DNA from: Bdellovibrionales bacterium
GTDB taxonomy: Bacteria > Bdellovibrionota > Bdellovibrionia > Bdellovibrionales > UBA1609
Assembly (NCBI GenBank): GCA_050246815.1
Contig: JBFWVI010000077.1
Coordinates: forward strand, 1-10,658
Direction of reading: 5' to 3'
Length of the DNA stretch: 10,658 nucleotides
Shown piece by piece: positions 7,487 to 10,658 of this stretch (positions are counted from its first letter, which is position 1; each line of letters begins with the position of its first letter). The notes under the pieces are model-generated. The model did no database searches and was not told the DNA's origin. It saw only the letters and a program-made list of their open reading frames with translations. Both the position numbers and the translations under genes were made by a program.

Positions 7487-9565
7487 ATGTTGAAGTTTTT
7501 CGGGTTTGTGAGCGTGCAAAATTTTCTAAAAAGTTCCTTTACTGGAATTCGTCGTCTTTGGGTGGACTTGCCTGTCGCGCGTAAACTTTATTTGGTCGTA
7601 GGCGTAATGGGAGTGTTGATTGCGGGTGAGTTGATGACTTTGATTTTTGCCATGAACACGCTTTCCTCAGTTCGTGCATTTGTGCACGGTGAAGGCTTAT
7701 GGTCCAAGGCCCAAAAAGATGCCGTGATTAGCTTAAAAGAGTACGCTGAAACGGGTAACCCAGACAATTATTTTGATTTTTTGGATTATATCAAGGTGCC
7801 ACTTGGAGACCGCCTGGCACGAATCGAGCTTGAAAAAGCGGAGCCAAACTACGATTTGATCGTGAAGGGGTTCACGGTTGGACGTGTGCATCATGATGAC
7901 ATCCCTGGCCTGATTAATTTGGTTCTGCGATTCGGACAAGTGGGGCATTTGGCACAGGCCATGGTGGTGTGGAGTGATGCCGATAAATTGGTGAACGATT
8001 TAATCCGTGTTGGGGCCGAGCTTCATCGTGCTGTGGTTGACAGTAATTATGATCAGATCAAAGCGAGTGTGGATCGAATCAATCATCTGAACAAAAAGCT
8101 GACGGCGCTTGAAGATCGCTTTTCTTTTATTCTAGGAGAAGGATCGCGTTGGCTTGAAAGCATCTTATTGTGGAGTCTGCTGCTTGCGGTGGTGCTGATT
8201 GAAAGCACGGGCGTGTTTTTGACGGTCTCATTCAGTCGTAACCTTTCAAGCAGTTTGCGGGAGCTCAATCAGATCACGGGGCGGATTAGCGCGGGTGATT
8301 TTGGTCAAAAAGCAAAAGTTGCATCACAAGATGAGTTGGGGCAGCTAGCCAAGGCCATCAACCAGATGTCCGAAACCCTTTCAAGCAGTTTAAACGAGCA
8401 ACGCCGAGCGGAATTGGCCAATCAAACAAAGAGTCAGTTTTTGGCCAATATGAGCCACGAGATTCGTACTCCTGTCTGCGCGATCGTCGGTTTTGTCGAT
8501 CTTTTAAAAGATCCTGAACTCAGTGTCAGCGAGCAGCAAAATTACATTGATGTGATCCGTCGCACAGGCGCAGCCCTGACCAAGATCGTAGACGATATCT
8601 TGGATTTATCGAAAGTGGAGGCTGGCTACTTCGATATTGAGAAGGCCTCCTTTTCACTTGAAAGCTTATTGCGTGACGTGGAATCGATTGTGCTGAGAAA
8701 GTGCATGGAGAAATCAATTATTTTGAATATTCGCAAACTCGGACACGTGCCAGATTATATTTATACGGATTCGATGCGCTTAAGACAAATTTTATTGAAC
8801 ATTCTGGGCAATGCTACCAAATTTACCGAAAATGGTTACATCAATTTAACCTACCAAGTTTCAGGTGACTGTTTGATTTTCGATGTAGAAGACTCAGGCA
8901 TCGGAATTGATGCCGACAAAAGCGCCTTGCTTTTTAAGCCTTTTAGTCAGGTGGACAGCTCTTCAACCCGACGGCACGATGGTACGGGGCTAGGGCTTGT
9001 GCTTTCGCGTCGTCTGGCGCGTCTGTTGGACGGTGACGTGGTTTTGGTCCGCAGCCGTATCGCAGAAGGAAGCTTGTTCCGGATCAAGATTGGTTTTGAA
9101 GTGGCCGAAGCTACTCCGTTGAGCACACGCGCGATATCACGAGACTCAAAGGGAGTGCTTACGGGCCGTCATGTTTTGGTCGTCGATGACAACGAGGATA
9201 ATCGTTTTTTGCTGAGCCGGCTATTGAGCAAGCAAGGAGTCTTGGTGAGTGAGGCCAAAAATGGTTTGGAAGGGCTTGAAAAAGTTTTGCGGCAAAAGTT
9301 TGACGCTATCATTTTGGATATTCAAATGCCTCTGATGGATGGTTACGAGGTCGCCAAACGTCTTCGTGAAAGCGGGTTGAATCTGCCCATCATTGCCTTA
9401 ACAGCCCATGCGATGAAAGAAGATCGCACAAAATGCATGCAAGCGGGCTGTAATGCCTATTTGACTAAGCCGATCCAAATTGACGCCTTGGTGCGCTGTT
9501 TGATCGAACAAATTTCTGGCGAGCATGAGTCGCGCGACCAACTTATGCGGCAAGTTCAGCTTTGA
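7487..9565 (+). CDS. Hybrid sensor histidine kinase/response regulator (TM-periplasmic sensor-TM-HAMP-HisKA-HATPase_c-REC)
   Basis: TM1 LYLVVGVMGVLIAG, TM2 ILLWSLLLAVVLI, HAMP (ISAGDF..DELGQLAKAINQM), H-box FLANMSHEIRTP, N-box QILLNILGNATKFT, G1 DSGIGI, F-box LFKPFSQ, G2 GTGLGL, REC (VVDDN, ILDIQMPLMDG, ALTA, LTKP). Start uncertain: GTG 7445, ATG 7487 or a later GTG. Confidence 0.93.
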   Translation: MLKFFGFVSVQNFLKSSFTGIRRLWVDLPVARKLYLVVGVMGVLIAGELMTLIFAMNTLSSVRAFVHGEGLWSKAQKDAVISLKEYAETGNPDNYFDFLDYIKVPLGDRLARIELEKAEPNYDLIVKGFTVGRVHHDDIPGLINLVLRFGQVGHLAQAMVVWSDADKLVNDLIRVGAELHRAVVDSNYDQIKASVDRINHLNKKLTALEDRFSFILGEGSRWLESILLWSLLLAVVLIESTGVFLTVSFSRNLSSSLRELNQITGRISAGDFGQKAKVASQDELGQLAKAINQMSETLSSSLNEQRRAELANQTKSQFLANMSHEIRTPVCAIVGFVDLLKDPELSVSEQQNYIDVIRRTGAALTKIVDDILDLSKVEAGYFDIEKASFSLESLLRDVESIVLRKCMEKSIILNIRKLGHVPDYIYTDSMRLRQILLNILGNATKFTENGYINLTYQVSGDCLIFDVEDSGIGIDADKSALLFKPFSQVDSSSTRRHDGTGLGLVLSRRLARLLDGDVVLVRSRIAEGSLFRIKIGFEVAEATPLSTRAISRDSKGVLTGRHVLVVDDNEDNRFLLSRLLSKQGVLVSEAKNGLEGLEKVLRQKFDAIILDIQMPLMDGYEVAKRLRESGLNLPIIALTAHAMKEDRTKCMQAGCNAYLTKPIQIDALVRCLIEQISGEHESRDQLMRQVQL
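8242..8391 (+). repeat. Exact 15-bp direct repeat CCTTTCAAGCAGTTT flanking the HAMP coding region
   Basis: Copies at 8242-8256 and 8377-8391, offset 135 nt (45 codons). Both fall in LSSSL peptides. Confidence 0.85.
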
Positions 9566-9779
9566 ACTCAGCTTCCGCTTTTGGGATAGTTTCTAAATAA
9601 TGGTGCGCATGATCACGAAAACGCAGTTCGCTTTCATCGAATAGCTGTCTCCCTAATTCGCGTGCAAAGCCGTAGACAGCGATCACAGTGGTACTAAATA
9701 AAATGATCCCCATAAAGACGTATCCCATTACCATCGAACCCACCAAAAAAATCACCGCAATGGTTGCGAAGTAAATCAT
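9543..9779 (-). CDS. Small membrane protein, 78 aa (hydrophobic N-terminal half, probably two TM segments, charged tail)
   Basis: SD GGAGG ends 4 nt before the ATG (GTGGAGGCGCTATG). About 38 hydrophobic N-terminal residues, then RELGRQLFDESELRFRDHAHHYLE. The 3' end overlaps the kinase 3' end by 23 nt. Confidence 0.7.
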   Translation of the reverse strand: MIYFATIAVIFLVGSMVMGYVFMGIILFSTTVIAVYGFARELGRQLFDESELRFRDHAHHYLETIPKAEAEFKAELAA

Positions 9780-9927
9780 AGCGCCTCCACCATAAGGACT
9801 GATCGTAGCCGATTAAACCGACAGATGATTGAGCTCGCGAAGAAAGAAGTGTGAAGGTATCTAAACGACTGGGAAAGGACTTTGAGGGGCCAGTTGTGTG
9901 ACTATCATTCGGTGACGGGAAGGCGCT

Positions 9928-10050
9928 ATGTTGGAAATTTTAAGAATGTTTTTGGTGGCCACCTTGCTTGCGGTTTGGGGTTTGAAGCAAATTTCGCAAT
10001 CTGTAACCGCTGAGTTACAAGTGCAAATGAGCGCATTTCACTTTCCCTAA
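9928..10050 (+). CDS. Small single-TM protein, 40 aa (absent from the supplied ORF track)
   Basis: Translated by hand as MLEILRMFLVATLLAVWGLKQISQSVTAELQVQMSAFHFP*. SD-like GGGAAGG at 9917-9923 and a -10-like TATCAT at 9903-9908. Confidence 0.55.
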   Translation: MLEILRMFLVATLLAVWGLKQISQSVTAELQVQMSAFHFP

Positions 10051-10065
10051 ATCGAACAGCTGTAT

Positions 10066-10187
10066 CTCACGATAACAACACCTGAAACCAACTTTATGCT
10101 TAAAGTTGGTTGTTGGCCGCCGACAATACTTGATAGTATTTACATTTTGAGTGCCGTTGGGCGGAACTATGGTTTCGAAGTTGTGAG
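10066..10187 (+). ncRNA. Candidate structured RNA element of unknown class
   Basis: Nested complementary segments found by eye, including a perfect 11-bp hairpin AACCAACTTTA-TGCT-TAAAGTTGGTT (10086-10111). G-U pairs favour the plus strand. No known family recognised. Confidence 0.3.
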
Positions 10188-10256
10188 TTAGCAAAACACA
10201 CGGTAGCGAGTAAGGGCGATATAAAACTCTACATGTTTTACAAACGGAGTGAATTT

Positions 10257-10469
10257 ATGGCCAGAGCCGCTCTGGGTGCATTTATCCTAATCGCCTTCTT
10301 TAGTCTGCTGAGTTCACCAGCCGCATTCGCGGTGCCGTCGGCGCTCGAAACGATCGCCGCCTGCAGGCATCCCGCACCGCCCCTACTCAGTAATTTGTTC
10401 TGGTCATCGTCTATGGATCCATACGAAGCCGAAAACGCATTGGTCTTTGCGGACAATAGCCTCGCGTAG
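10257..10469 (+). CDS. Small secreted protein, 70 aa, with Sec-type signal peptide
   Basis: GGAG at 10246-10249 lies 7 nt before ATG 10257, preferred over ATG 10233. MARAALGAFILIAFFSLLSSPAAFA|VP has n/h/c regions and an AxA cleavage motif. Confidence 0.55.
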   Translation: MARAALGAFILIAFFSLLSSPAAFAVPSALETIAACRHPAPPLLSNLFWSSSMDPYEAENALVFADNSLA

Positions 10470-10555
10470 TCAGCCGCCTAATATGACTTTTCAGATGGCG
10501 CTCAATACATTAAGCGAACTAGATGGTAATGATTGCATTTAAAAATTGTTTTTAT

Positions 10556-10575
10556 TTGTGAAAATAAAATCACAA
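10556..10575. promoter_or_regulatory. Palindromic operator candidate TTGTGA-N8-TCACAA (copy 2)
   Basis: TTGTGA-AAATAAAA-TCACAA in AT-rich intergenic DNA, upstream of a -10-like TATGAT at 10607-10612. Confidence 0.55.
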
Positions 10576-10658
10576 CGTCGTATTAGTCGGTTTCGAAAAA
10601 TTCGCTTATGATTGTTTTGTTGACAACAGGGCAACACGGCGCGGCCACAGTTTACGGC

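Noticed and set aside
196..8717. Many alternative-frame and antisense ORFs in the track (e.g. 196..531, 776..991, 2881..3252, 3649..4038, 4232..4762, 6913..7368, 8526..8717)
   Set aside because: They overlap better-supported genes and show no recognisable motifs. 4232..4762 is just the Ser-rich antisense of Glu-rich codons.
9913..9990. Type IV/Flp prepilin for the 40-aa ORF (REG-AMLEIL in frame)
   Set aside because: An in-frame TGA at 9913-9915 leaves no upstream start, Glu would be at +4 rather than +5, and there is no Flp EY motif.
10086..10111. dif/Xer site or classic intrinsic terminator
   Set aside because: The geometry is 11-4-11 rather than 11-6-11 with no XerD-arm similarity. The stem is AT-rich with no clean U-tract, so neither call is supported.
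10238..10456. Minus-strand 72-aa ORF
   Set aside because: It is antisense to the plus-strand ORF that has an SD and a signal peptide, and has no supporting features.
10467..10481. Stop-codon readthrough of the secreted peptide TAG
   Set aside because: An in-frame TAA follows after only three codons, and other genes here end normally in TAG.
10621..10658. c-di-GMP-I riboswitch-like start (ACAGGGCAA)
   Set aside because: It lacks GGCAAA and a GNRA-capped stem and is cut by the window edge.
1..10658. CRISPR array, tRNA/rRNA, IS element, integrase or prophage genes
   Set aside because: No regularly spaced repeats, cloverleaf or rRNA signatures, or transposase, recombinase or phage motifs were seen.

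Overview
Bacterial chromosomal window with no mobile element, CRISPR array, rRNA or tRNA recognisable. Gene order and style suggest a Bdellovibrionota/deltaproteobacteria-like genome, which is inference only. In order: (1) 3' part of a membrane-anchored hypothetical protein, with its frame open to the window edge; (2) SAMHD1/COG1078-type HD phosphohydrolase on the minus strand; (3) a plus-strand run of glutaredoxin-like/zincin fusion, site-2 protease (M50), scpA and scpB; (4) a convergent COG2509-type FAD oxidoreductase; (5) a hybrid sensor kinase (TM-sensor-TM-HAMP-HisKA-HATPase-REC); (6) about 1.1 kb holding three small membrane or secreted ORFs, one missed by the ORF track, and a ~120-nt highly pairable segment. 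The best leads are the Grx(xxxC)-zincin fusion heading the S2P-scpA-scpB run, a TTGTGA-N8-TCACAA palindrome found twice in intergenic DNA, a candidate structured RNA at 10066-10187, two divergent small genes with identical 10-nt start regions, an exact in-frame 15-bp direct repeat around the HAMP coding region, and three probable leaderless promoters.
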